A program made the position numbers and the translations under genes. Positions 13,638-24,259 of a DNA stretch of 55,973 nucleotides are shown here, in pieces (position 1 is the first letter of the stretch; every line of letters begins with the position of its first letter). Source of the stretch: Phoronis australis (Eukaryota; Animalia; Phoronida); assembly GCA_002633005.1 (NCBI GenBank), contig NMRA01000842.1, positions 1 through 55,973 of the forward strand. Direction: 5' to 3'. Under the pieces are notes generated by a model that had not been told where the DNA came from, searched no databases, and saw only the letters and a list, made by a program, of their open reading frames with translations.

Positions 13638-14563
13638 CAACAGGCATTGGGATATGTTTTTACAAGTGTCATGTTACTGAAGAAAATGGACTCTGCAAGT
13701 AACAATATTCATGAATGTAGAGGTGATGTTATTTATACTTGACACGTTCAACATTCAAGAACGAAAAACTGGGACAACTGGATTGAAAAGCGATTCTTTG
13801 AAAGCAGAACATATGGTTCTATGCCAGAACGCAATTAGGAAGTGTTCGGTGTAACACACAAGAATATTCTGCCAACGTTTGTTGTCAACTTACGGGAGAC
13901 GTAACACCCAAAGTCCCGGGTTCCGCAATAACACATGAAACGTCTCGTTTGTATTCTTTTAACTGAAAGAGAAAATATGGCTGTTTTGAGTGGGGAATTA
14001 CAATACTGTAGTATGTATCAATTTCGTCGTGTATCAAAAAGCCGGCCATTTTAATGGTGGGGCGGGGTGGAGGGAAAAACGAAACAGTGGGACAACAAAT
14101 ACAGTGTACGGTGTAAGAAAACAGTATTGGATTGAATTCGTCGGCATGATAAACTTTTAGTTTTTGAAACTCTATTTCATGGGTGCATATAAATACTACG
14201 TATAGCAGTAGGTGTACCACGCAGAAGTCAACTTATCAAAAACCGGCACCTGGGCATATGCTGAACATTGCACAAATGCATTATTACAGAAACAATTGAA
14301 AACCGTTCAGGTTACTGTTACGGAAAATACAATTTGGAAACTGACCCGCATCTTTACGGACCTGTGGTTTTCGAAGACCAACATGAAGAACATCGGTTTG
14401 TAGGTTTTCCAGCTATCTTTAAACACTCTTAGTTAACAGAGAAATAGTACGAAGTTTATTCTAGTAAATGTTTGACTTATCTGCAAAATAATATTTACTA
14501 GCGGTACCACAGGTCCATCAAGTCTCTTCACTGTTGTACTTATAGCGAGAACTGGGTCCCATT

Positions 14564-14725
14564 CAGCGGTGGATTTAAAGGGAACCAAGGGGCCAAGCAT
14601 CCCCCACTAAAATTGTCCCAAATTCCATTTGGCAGTTCGGGGGCGAGACTGTCAGACGTGCAAAATCCTGAAAAATACTCTGCCCTAGCGCTTCTCCCTG
14701 AATTAAAATCCTGAATCAGCCCATG
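14564..14725. mobile_element. About 160-bp MITE with 5-bp TSD CCATT (related copies at 15483 and 24102)
   Basis: Imperfect TIR cagcggtggattt / aatcagcccatg; CCATT at 14559-14563 and 14726-14730; shared core attccatttggcagt...aaaatcctg. Confidence 0.8.
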
Positions 14726-14907
14726 CCATTTCAAGTCGCTGTCAACTAACAAAAGTAGACCTCGGGCTTACCCGGCCCCTACAACTGCCATAATGTATTG
14801 ATTTCTGAAGAGTCATCTTGTCTTTATCTCCGAAATTTACGCATTGCATAACATGTCAGTCTTCAATTTTAGATTGGGCTTGATGTTCAAGATTGTTGCA
14901 TGGAAAT

Positions 14908-15138
14908 ATGGCGTCACCAGAGGAAAGCGATTTTGTCCACAAGATGTCACAAGTCCAACTTAGCACTCAAGAGCCTCGTCTTACACGTTCAGCCAGTGAA
15001 TCGTCGTCGGGCTCTTCAAGCTATCCTAAACAAGAACCATGTATTAGCCAAAAAGAATTTAATCGCTTGGAAGACAACTTAAAAAGCGTCCATAGTGAAC
15101 TTGTTGAGAAAGACAAGAAAGACAAACAGCTTATGGAG
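14908..15138 (+). CDS. Coiled-coil gene, coding exon 1 (MASPEESDF...DKQLME)
   Basis: Acceptor ttttag at 14872, ATG 14908, donor GAG|gtacac. Confidence 0.75.
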
Positions 15139-18100
15139 GTACACATACATGTACCGAAGCCTAGATGGCGTATTTACGTGTAACAGTTATCCGAGGCCAG
15201 AAATTGCATCTTAAGAGCTGTTTGACACCAATATTTTTATGCCATGCGATCTAAGTCAAGAGTTAGTCTCTTTGACTAAAGGAAGTTTGTAACAGCAGGC
15301 CCGTAGGAAGGCAAAAATTATTGGGTGAGGGGGGAGGGTTGGGGGCACAAATCATTTCGACTTGGCCAAATAACCTCCCCCCACCCCCATCGCTACCACC
15401 TCCGGCAACTCCCCTCGCCGCCGTGATCCCGATGCCACAATATTTGTACCAAATCTCCCACGTCCGCCCTAGATAGGGGGCACAGTAGCGGCTTTAGGTC
15501 TGGCCAAGGGGCCATGACACCCATAAAATTCTCTCAGATTCCATTTGGCAGTTCAGGGGCGCGAATTCCTCAGACAGGTAAAACCTTGACTAATAATCCT
15601 CCCTCTGCCCAACTCAAAATCCTGGATGAAGCCATCAAGAGTCGAGTAACCGTGAACCAACACGTAGAGTAAGAATGGGCCTAGGACCAGTACAGCGACA
15701 TGTAGCGAGGAGCTGCCTCAAGTAGCTATAGCTGAGATCTAACATTGTGAAAATACGAAATTCCCAATGAACTAAACTATTTGCTGGTCAGCTCAGCTGT
15801 GATTCACTTGAGACAGGCAGCTCGTACGGGTCGTCTGCGCTCGCCCTAAGGTCAAGTTTCGTTTTATTGTGATCCAGTTTCGGGAAAACTTTATTTTATT
15901 ATGGTCATTCCTTGAAGGAGTTTTCTTGAAAAGGTGAGGTCCCGAAGACCCTGGTATACTGTCTTTGGGGCTATTTCAAAATGCTTATTCAAAACACGAC
16001 CGCTAGTCCAGTTTCTGGTGGCTGGGGAAAAGGATACTGTGTCCCAAAAATGCACACACTTCTTGAACACCTGGAATTCAAATTCAGTTCCCGTAGATCA
16101 CTGTGATTCTGAACGGGCCTACTGCCTATTTACATCTTATTTTCAACGTGGGTACGTTAGTCATGACGTGAACGCAATTCAGTTTTGAAGAACAAAAATT
16201 CATTGCTCAATTCTACTGGAAACTAATTAAAACACCAATGAAGTGCAAAGACAACCTTTCCAAGCAATGAGTTTAATTTTATTTATTTAAGGATTTTTAA
16301 AGTGTTTTTTTTTTCTATCTACGGTTTGTGAGTCCGAATTTGAGAGCTGTTTTAGATATTCAAAAATCGTCCAAATGTAATTTACTATTTGGATCGGATT
16401 ATTGAGTTTTTCCAAATTCAGGCTACAATTAAATTCACTGAAACATCATCAGTTCTTCCAAGATTAGCTTCTAATTGTCAAAAATATTCTATGAATCTTT
16501 TGATTTCCGTAGATACGTCAACAAGTAAATCAGAAACCAAAGAATTTGTTTATCAAAACAAGAGTGTTATAAGCAATTTCCGCATGCATGCTTGCTCTCT
16601 TGACGGGTAACCGGGGAATATGGGAGCTGGGGCATTCGTATTAAGGTGTATTTTGCTCATTTCAAATTTGCCTATAACGGTTCACTAGGTAAACTTGGAC
16701 TCCATAGACGAAAAAACGCTGAACTGTTTGTTTGTGATTGGGAGAGTTCTTTGAGTACCCCCTTTCGACATGCATTTACACGGTCATCACAAATAGTAGC
16801 CAAGACACCAGTGTTAACCACATGTGTCGACTGTCCCGGTCCCACGTCTTTGTCGGTTGCCACGGTTTTACCCAGACTCCTGAAAATTTTTGGGGGGCCC
16901 TTGCCTCCCGTTCCCCCGCTTCCTACGGTCCTGAACAGGTATTTATGTAGCTCACAGGCTCACATTTGCCTCTCTTGTAAAACGCGACGTCGGACTGTAT
17001 AACTCTTTAAGATTCGGTTGTGTGATTATGCTTTCTCACGTTGATTAGCCCGGTAGAATCCCAGATGTGCTCAAACAAACTCATGCGCTACCCAGAGTAC
17101 TTGCATTGTAGTGAATTTACAGCCTCATATCAGTTTTGTCATTTCTGATGAGTTGGCACAGTGTTGAAAAGTGAACGCTTGCCACGTAGTCTTGGAAGTG
17201 ACACTGGATTCTTTCAACTATAAGATCTGTTATTATTGGAGCGAATAACAAAACACGAGGTTGCTTTCGATGAAGTTTATTTGGTCTCGTATCTCCGTAT
17301 ATATAGAAGTTGTGGCACGTACCAGATGAGTACAGGGTACCATGAACTAACAGAAATGCATTCAGGTACCAGATGGGTACAACAATTCGAATGGTTGCTA
17401 GTTCGTAGGCCTACCAAATGGGTACACGGTATCAGATGGGTATTGGCCGAATGACTACCAAATTAATGGGCTCTCGCAAAAAGGTATGTACTGTACCCTC
17501 CTTGTGACGTCCTTCAAGTTGACGAAAACTATGCTGATTTGGACTATTGATTTTAAGAATTTAGCCACTCATCACGATGACAAAATGAAACATAAATTTC
17601 TAACAAGATTAGTTTTTCTGAATGAAGTACTCGAATTTCACTAGGAGTCGCAAGCGAAGCGAGAGACCTTTACCAAAGAAAGGCTGCACTGAGAAGATCG
17701 TTCGGTAGACCAAGTTTCTTGCGAGAAAAGCAAGTCTTAGATCTCTCTTTTAGGGTGTAGTTCCTCAACATCAACATGAAAAGCATACACTGACGTCACA
17801 CCAAACTGGTGACATGTAAACAAAATTTATTACAGGCTTTAGAAAAACAGAAACAACTCGAAGTGAAGGTGGAAACCTTGACGAAAGAACTGGACATGCT
17901 GAAACAGAGAGACTTTCTACCGGCACCTGGTGTTGGTGAATCATTCGAAGATACGGAAGAAAAGGTATGTACATGTAGGTCATGTGATCGAGTAGAGACA
18001 AGAGAGCGAGAATGCCGGGTATCACGAGAATACCGGGTATCGTTAGAATACCGGGTATCGTGAGAATACCGGGTATCGTGAGAATACCGGGTATCGTGAG

Positions 18101-18658
18101 AATACCGGGTATCATCGCCTCGATGGGAAATGCCAATTCTCTCAAGTTTTTGAAGGTCTGAGCAACACAGCATCGTGCATACTTGTGTTGCTATGAAATA
18201 GCGTGTTTATTTCAGTCGTATTTGTAAGACGTTAGCCTTTATACATGTTTATCTTGATCACATCACTCGACCTATAATTAAAGACTGGAAATAACTCCCC
18301 TTTCGGGTCTGAGAGAACTTTTCAGACTTACCTGTAGGTCACGTGACGTAATCAATATACCAGTTGTATATTACATGTATGAAGATTATTAATTCCTACT
18401 TATACTGATACTACATCAATCATTTGCAAATTCACACCCAAACACACAAGTGGAAGAAATTACCTAATTTAAAGCACTGCCACAATTGCCTAATTTTCAC
18501 TAACATTACACATCTTAATAATTTTAGATATTTAAAATGTTCTAATTGTTTTGATGCTGGAGAATTAATATTATTATTCCTGCATCTGATGAACATTAAC
18601 AGCAGCATCTATAAGGGGTTGAGCACACTTGCACACAACATGTATATACATGTACATA

Positions 18659-18706
<48 letters not shown>

Positions 18707-21700
18707 CATATAAAATTAGCGTAATTCTGTAGTAGCCCTTCGTTTACACAATTTTCGTTAAAGGCACGACTAGACTTTTTGTTAGCAAGCTTGATACTGG
18801 TACGTAGTATCAAGGTCGCTAGCCAAAAGACTAGTTGTGTCTTTAACGGAAAAGTTAACTTAGTAAACATCTTATGGGTAAATTGACTTCTGTTGCCACA
18901 AACATATTATGGGATTTCCCAGTGCTGCCTTTGGCGGAACACAAAATGTGCTATATTCTAAATGCAGACTTTCTGGTTTTTCCACACTGTTATTTCACAA
19001 CGAGCTCTTGAAACCTGAACGATAAAGCTAATGTATCTGGTAAAACAAACCATAGATTGGATGAAAGTATTAGTTTATATGAACACTTAGTCACGATTAA
19101 TTAAAATTCCAGAGCTAACTAGCAAATACATGTATAGGGTTCCCCGTCAATGAACTCCGAGATACAGAGGGATGATTTTGGATACGAACGTTTACTGTAA
19201 CGGACGCGCAATTGAAGAAAGTTTATATACAAACGGAAGTGGCAAGTTGTGGTTATTCAAATGTGATTATTTTGTCCCCAGGCAATTACCACAACCGGGA
19301 TTCAGTTCCAGTGTCCTTGAAACAGGCTTTGACCTCTATCTTCCGAACTTGAATGACGTGCGGGCCTGCAAGCCTCAACTGTCTCAGACCGATCCGATAT
19401 CAATTGATCAAATTGTTAGCCAATGTCCCGAACTTTACTGAATGCATATTTTCTTAATGGTTTAGAATAAAATACATCGATATGGAAACTGAACTGTTTA
19501 TTGGCTACTATTCAGCAGATTATTTTGTAAGAGTACTTGTGATATTTGGCGTACTGCTCTATACAAAATTATCCAAACAAGTAAAGTTTCAAGGGTGACA
19601 ACTCCAATTCCAATCTCAAAAATGGACTGCGACTTCTTGTTATCGTAAAATTGCCCTGCCTACTCGTGTTATTGAGTATCTGCATTTCCACACAGTAACT
19701 GCCTTCAGCCAGACACATGTTGCCTGTCTCGATGTTTCCTCGTTCCTTACAATATCTCTTTTTATGACTCCGGCTGGTCTGCTCACACAGCTTGTCCGGA
19801 ACCAGGTGCGCCCGCTTGTTCTAGCCCAGTTAGCTGTTTGGTGTACCCACTTGGTACTTTAAACGATATTTGCCCATTTTGCAGTTTGTACCCATTTCCT
19901 ACTTATTGTTGAACTTGCCGTTTTGCTCGACCCACTTGGTAGGCAATCCGCCAATACCCATCTGGTATTATATACCTATTTGGTACTCTACTGACCTGTG
20001 TCACATAGTATACGATACTCAATTACACATTGGGTATAGCAAATGTGTGTGTTATCTCTTGCAATTAAGGTGCCCATCTGGTACCTTCTGCAAAATAATT
20101 ATTTGTAGAGGTGTGACCCTGAAATTCACAATACAACCTAAAATATAAATTGTTCTTGTGTTGTGTTATTTGTTCCCAATAAATTTCATTACATGTATCT
20201 CATTTTATTTATAAACAGGAGAAAGGAAAAGAAGAGAAGACAGCGGAACATGGTAGACGAATAAAACTTCTTGAAGACAAAATGAGTAAACTGCACAGTG
20301 CCACACTTTCAAGTAAACAGTATTTCATAATTTCAATTTCAAGTGTGCTGTAGTCTGTCGATTAGCGTCCTGGAATTGGTCGTATACATGCACACGTAGG
20401 TACGGTGTATGGAGGTGAATGGAATTGACCTTTCATTATTTTTTCGGACCAAAGCCAAAACGTTCAGGTCACGACTTGATTTGTAGAAATAACGGATCAC
20501 TTCTAAATTGAATGAGGTGCTCTTTTGAGGGTATTTAGTAATGCTAAGTGGTTTAAATCAAAACTTTTTTTGACAGAAAACAGAAAACACGGATTATAAT
20601 GAAGCTTCTATTGTGTTTACAGTGTATGTTTTTCTTCACCAGGGAACTCATTCGAGAGGAACTCAACCAATGAGAAGATAATAGGAGAGGTCGGACCGCG
20701 TGACGAGGTATAACCACACGTTTTGAAACGTTGTGTCACACGATATGTGGCAATATCAAGATACCTTCTTTCAAAGGGACATTAACTATTTTACGGCCGA
20801 AAATCCAATTTTGTGCCTGCCGTTGGAGGGTATATAGACCTTCTGGAGATATTAGAAAACCTGTATTAGACCTGTGGCTGTTATCAAAACACCACTTTTC
20901 TCGCCAGTGACACCTGAGTGAAGTTTTGCTGAACTCTTGAAATGTTTTGTAATTTCGAAACATCGTATCTCCGAAGTGGTTAATTGAATTCATATCAACT
21001 TTCAAGATACCATGTTTTGTGCAAAATGTTTCACACAGCTTTAAAAATTATGTTAATTAATCTATTTTTGCATGATGGATTATCAAAATGCGAAGTTTAT
21101 GATTGAATCGAAACTAAAACGAAAAGTTGCTTAACAATGTGAGATTTTATGTTCGAATTTTATATCAAAAGAAATTTGGTCCTGCTTTTTATGCCGTTGT
21201 TTTGTTATTTCTTTCGGTTTAGTTTCAGTAAAACGATATCACACGATCTGATCAAAAGCGAAGTCTAAAATCAAATTCTAGACACATTTTGCATTCAGAC
21301 GATAATATACTTTTTTGCGCCAACTGTTTAGTTTTTCGAATATTTGGCTGAATACACTAGTTTGACGTTAAGGTCTTACATAACTTTAAGCCTTACACTT
21401 AACCCCCTTTGCAATTTCACCGGAACTAGTTCTGCCCCTTGCTTTTCAAGAATTAGTACTTCCGGAGAAAGATAAAAGCATTATTCGACTTAAGCACTCC
21501 CTCACTGCATCAAACATCTCTAATTCGAATAAAGTAAGGCTGTGCCTGGTTTTATTGCGGCAGGTGATCTGCAAACATATGTTTCAAAACTTAATTTTTG
21601 AAGATAAGGCGAGGCCATACCAAATTAATTCACGTGGGACTGGATTACAGGGAAGTTACCCAGCATGAAAGCTAATACACGGATTTTAAAATAGTTTGTT

Positions 21701-23643
21701 CGGAAAAAATTTTTTCAATGTTTAGAATTGTGATGAATCTGTGAGTTTAACGGTATTTCAGAGTCACTGACTGGGCTCGAGGAATTGTGTATTTATTATT
21801 GTAGAATATGCGCTCTGATGAAAGTCCCAAGGTCGTGGCCATGCTGGAGCTCATTGGTAAGTTTTCTGATAATTTCGAACGCACGTATCGATTCATGTCT
21901 CAAAGCAGGCAATCAAGTAGGCAACGGTAATATGTATATCAGCAATGCGACTCTAAAATTTCTTCTGGAAAACTTGTTGCTGTAACGACGTACGCTTCTG
22001 AATTATGTGTACATCTTGCCGGACTATGACTTTATCGCTGAACACCACATCTTGTACCATGCATTTTGAGTGTTTTCCGTGGCTGATATTTAGTTTTGTA
22101 ATCGAGGTATTCTGAAAGGACAGAAATTGGAGCTCAGACGGAAGTATGAAGAACAATTACAAAGAAATAATCAAGAACAAGCTGTCAAGGAACGCGTTTT
22201 GGAGTACCTTGAAAGTGAAATGCTGAAATGTTGGGGAAATGAGAACGAGTTGTCTAGGACAGACGTGGATCCTCTCCACGCAGACAGAAATCGGTCTTAC
22301 ACGATCATACTGCAGCTACTAAAGTTGTTTAAAAATCAGACCAATGAACAGGTAAACGTTGTCACATGTACGTCACATCAGCGGAAGAGTTGATCATCAG
22401 TAAAATTCGGGTCACAGACTAGTACTTTTTTCACTTAACCAGCAACGGGTTTATTGTGCTAGTTCATTCCACAGATGAGGCAAATACTCGTTTTGTCTCT
22501 CAACATAACCCTCTCTGCCCGGTTACATACTGTACATGTAGAAACTCAACTAAGTTCCTTTTAAAGTTAAACATCTGCTCCGCATTTTTATCTTTCTTTA
22601 CTCATATACATAATTTGTATAATTTCATCTTCATAACGACCAATTGAGCCACGAGTAAAGTGAAAGTAAATGGCGACTTCCTCCTTAAATTATTGGCGTT
22701 GTAGGAAAAGGTCCCTATTTATATTCGATGATACTGAAAATTCAACGTAGAGTTCACTCTCGATTTGTGTCAAAGCCAATAATAGACTCAGTTATGGCAC
22801 TAAAACAGTTCATGAAAGGTTAGTCCGTGTTTTTACTCATCCACAAATGCGCAAGAGATTTAGGAACTTAAATGAGTCCCTGTTCGGGACTGTTTTGTGC
22901 AACCGGACACATGAACTGCTTTTTATGGAAGGCAATTTATTCTTGTCATTAGGGAGTGGGCTGGCCACATTAAACTTGTAACAACTTTTAACCATTTGAA
23001 GAAAAGTTTGTGCTCATTAGTTTGCTTAGCAAACATTTTTGGATTTTAAAGTGTGTCCTACTGGTTATGGTGTACCTTCGGTAGAGCAAGTAGTGTTTAC
23101 CTTAAGCCGTAGGAATTCCTTACACATTTGTCAGTATGTGACGTCTGCTGATTATTATTATCATTGTTGGAAATCCAAAGTACATGGTTACAATGGAGAC
23201 GGTCACTAAAGTATTTTGGGGTTGCCTGCGTTCTACCATGACGGTCATCAAGCTTAAAACTGGTGACCTTGACCGTGAAAAACGGACCAGCATGTTAACA
23301 ACGTTACCCAATTTACCATAGCAGAAGACCTACATATAAGTTTAGAGTCACGCCGAGTACTCGTACAGTAGCAAGGTTGATTGCTTCTTACACGAATTTG
23401 CACCCAAACTATTGCTGGTGTTTGAGTTCCAACTGTGCCTGTTTCAGTTCGGCAATTCTAAGTATTTTGAGTTTGACTGCTTGCTTCTAACATGAAATCC
23501 AACCAGTCACTGATTTTGGGCGGCTAGCTTTTGTTATGTGATAATTTTAATTTCGATATCTTCAGTGTAACCCAGTGATCCCTGACGAGTATGACTCTTC
23601 TACCATCGTCACGTGCGCACAAAATAACCGCACGGTGCGCTGA
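14908..23643 (+). CDS. Uncharacterised coiled-coil protein, 293 aa; join(14908..15138,17836..17964,20219..20312,20643..20707,21805..21856,22119..22351,23566..23643)
   Basis: Seven GT-AG exons with compatible phases (0,0,1,0,1,0) give one 882-nt open frame; E/K/Q/L-rich heptads; exon 6 acceptor and last exon are less certain. Confidence 0.7.
15296..16933. mobile_element. 1.64-kb non-autonomous DNA transposon, 15-bp TIR, 5-bp TSD AACAG, containing a nested MITE
   Basis: caggcccgtaggaag / cttcctacggtcctg (14/15 match); AACAG at 15291-15295 and 16934-16938. Confidence 0.8.
15483..15636. mobile_element. 160-bp MITE family copy (nested)
   Basis: ggccaaggggccatg...aaaattctctcagattccatttggcagttc...aactcaaaatcctg. 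Confidence 0.75.
17836..17964 (+). CDS. Coiled-coil gene, exon 2 (ALEKQKQ...EDTEEK)
   Basis: ttattacag| ... AAG|gtatgt, phase 0-0. Confidence 0.8.
18010..18113. repeat. 18-bp minisatellite gaataccgggtatcgtga, about 6 copies
   Basis: Directly visible; accounts for the IPGILT and DTRYSH repeat ORFs. Confidence 0.95.
18656..18712. repeat. (TA)n microsatellite
   Basis: Directly visible. Confidence 0.95.
20219..20312 (+). CDS. Coiled-coil gene, exon 3 (EKGKEEK...HSATLS)
   Basis: ataaacag| ... A|gtaaac, phase 0-1; too short for the ORF track. Confidence 0.7.
20643..20707 (+). CDS. Coiled-coil gene, exon 4 (RNSFER...GPRDE)
   Basis: tttttcttcaccag| ... GAG|gtataa, phase 1-0; reconciles exons 3 and 5. 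Confidence 0.7.
21805..21856 (+). CDS. Coiled-coil gene, exon 5 (NMRSDESPKVVAMLELI)
   Basis: tattgtag| ... G|gtaagt, phase 0-1. Confidence 0.7.
22119..22351 (+). CDS. Coiled-coil gene, exon 6 (GQKLELRRKYEE...QTNEQ)
   Basis: ORF 22127-22393; donor CAG|gtaaac; weak acceptor (22119, alternatively 22107). Confidence 0.7.
23566..23643 (+). CDS. Coiled-coil gene, probable last coding exon (CNPVIPDEY...TVR*)
   Basis: atatcttcag| phase 0, TGA at 23641, AATAAA at 23946. Confidence 0.5.
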   Translation, partial: CNPVIPDEYDSSTIVTCAQNNRTVR

Positions 23644-24101
23644 GAGGATTCCCGTCGCCACTTATTGGGTGACATGCATCATGCGTCATGAAAGTGACAA
23701 TGCTGTCGCGAGCAAACAGGAGCAGTATTAAGAGGAACAGCAGCAACAGCGTCGGCATAGACTGCGGCGGCTGTGCCAGCGGCAAATGCAGTAGTGGTAA
23801 AAAAAATCGTTATGATATACGTTACTTACCATGAGTAATTATTTCAGTTCTTCCTAAACCTGTATGTTCATTGTGGAAATGACAATGTCATCAAACTTGT
23901 TCATAACTTTGTATTCAGTACCTAGATGAACATGTGGGTTGAAGTAATAAACGTGTATTTTATATGTCGTTGTAATATTATCACACACGGGCAGATGATG
24001 TACGTGATCACTCGTGAGCGTTGCAAGGTTTGGGCCCAGAAGGGGTTACAGCGGACAGGGATTTCAACGACTCGATCACTTTTGTAATGCGCAATGTAAA
24101 G

Positions 24102-24259
24102 CAGGGGCGAATTTAGAGGGAGGCCAAGGGGGCCATGTCCCCCTAAAATTCTCCCAGATTCTATTTGGCAGTGCGGGGGTGCGAATTTCTGGCGGGCAAA
24201 ATCCTGGCTAATAATCTGCCCTGCCCCCCCCCCAACTCAAAATCCTGTAAAGTTCCCTG
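24102..24259. mobile_element. 160-bp MITE family copy
   Basis: caggggcgaatttagagggaggccaagg...attctatttggcagtg...aactcaaaatcctg. Confidence 0.75.

Noticed and set aside
13404-13742. His-Thr and Cys-Val repeat ORFs
   Set aside because: (GT)n microsatellite
14881-14883. In-frame TGA as selenocysteine linking exon 6-30 to the coiled-coil CDS
   Set aside because: No redox-fold context and no SECIS recognised; a good ATG follows at 14908
17771-18173. Minus-strand (IPGILT)n and (DTRYSH)n ORFs
   Set aside because: 18-bp satellite plus antisense of a real exon
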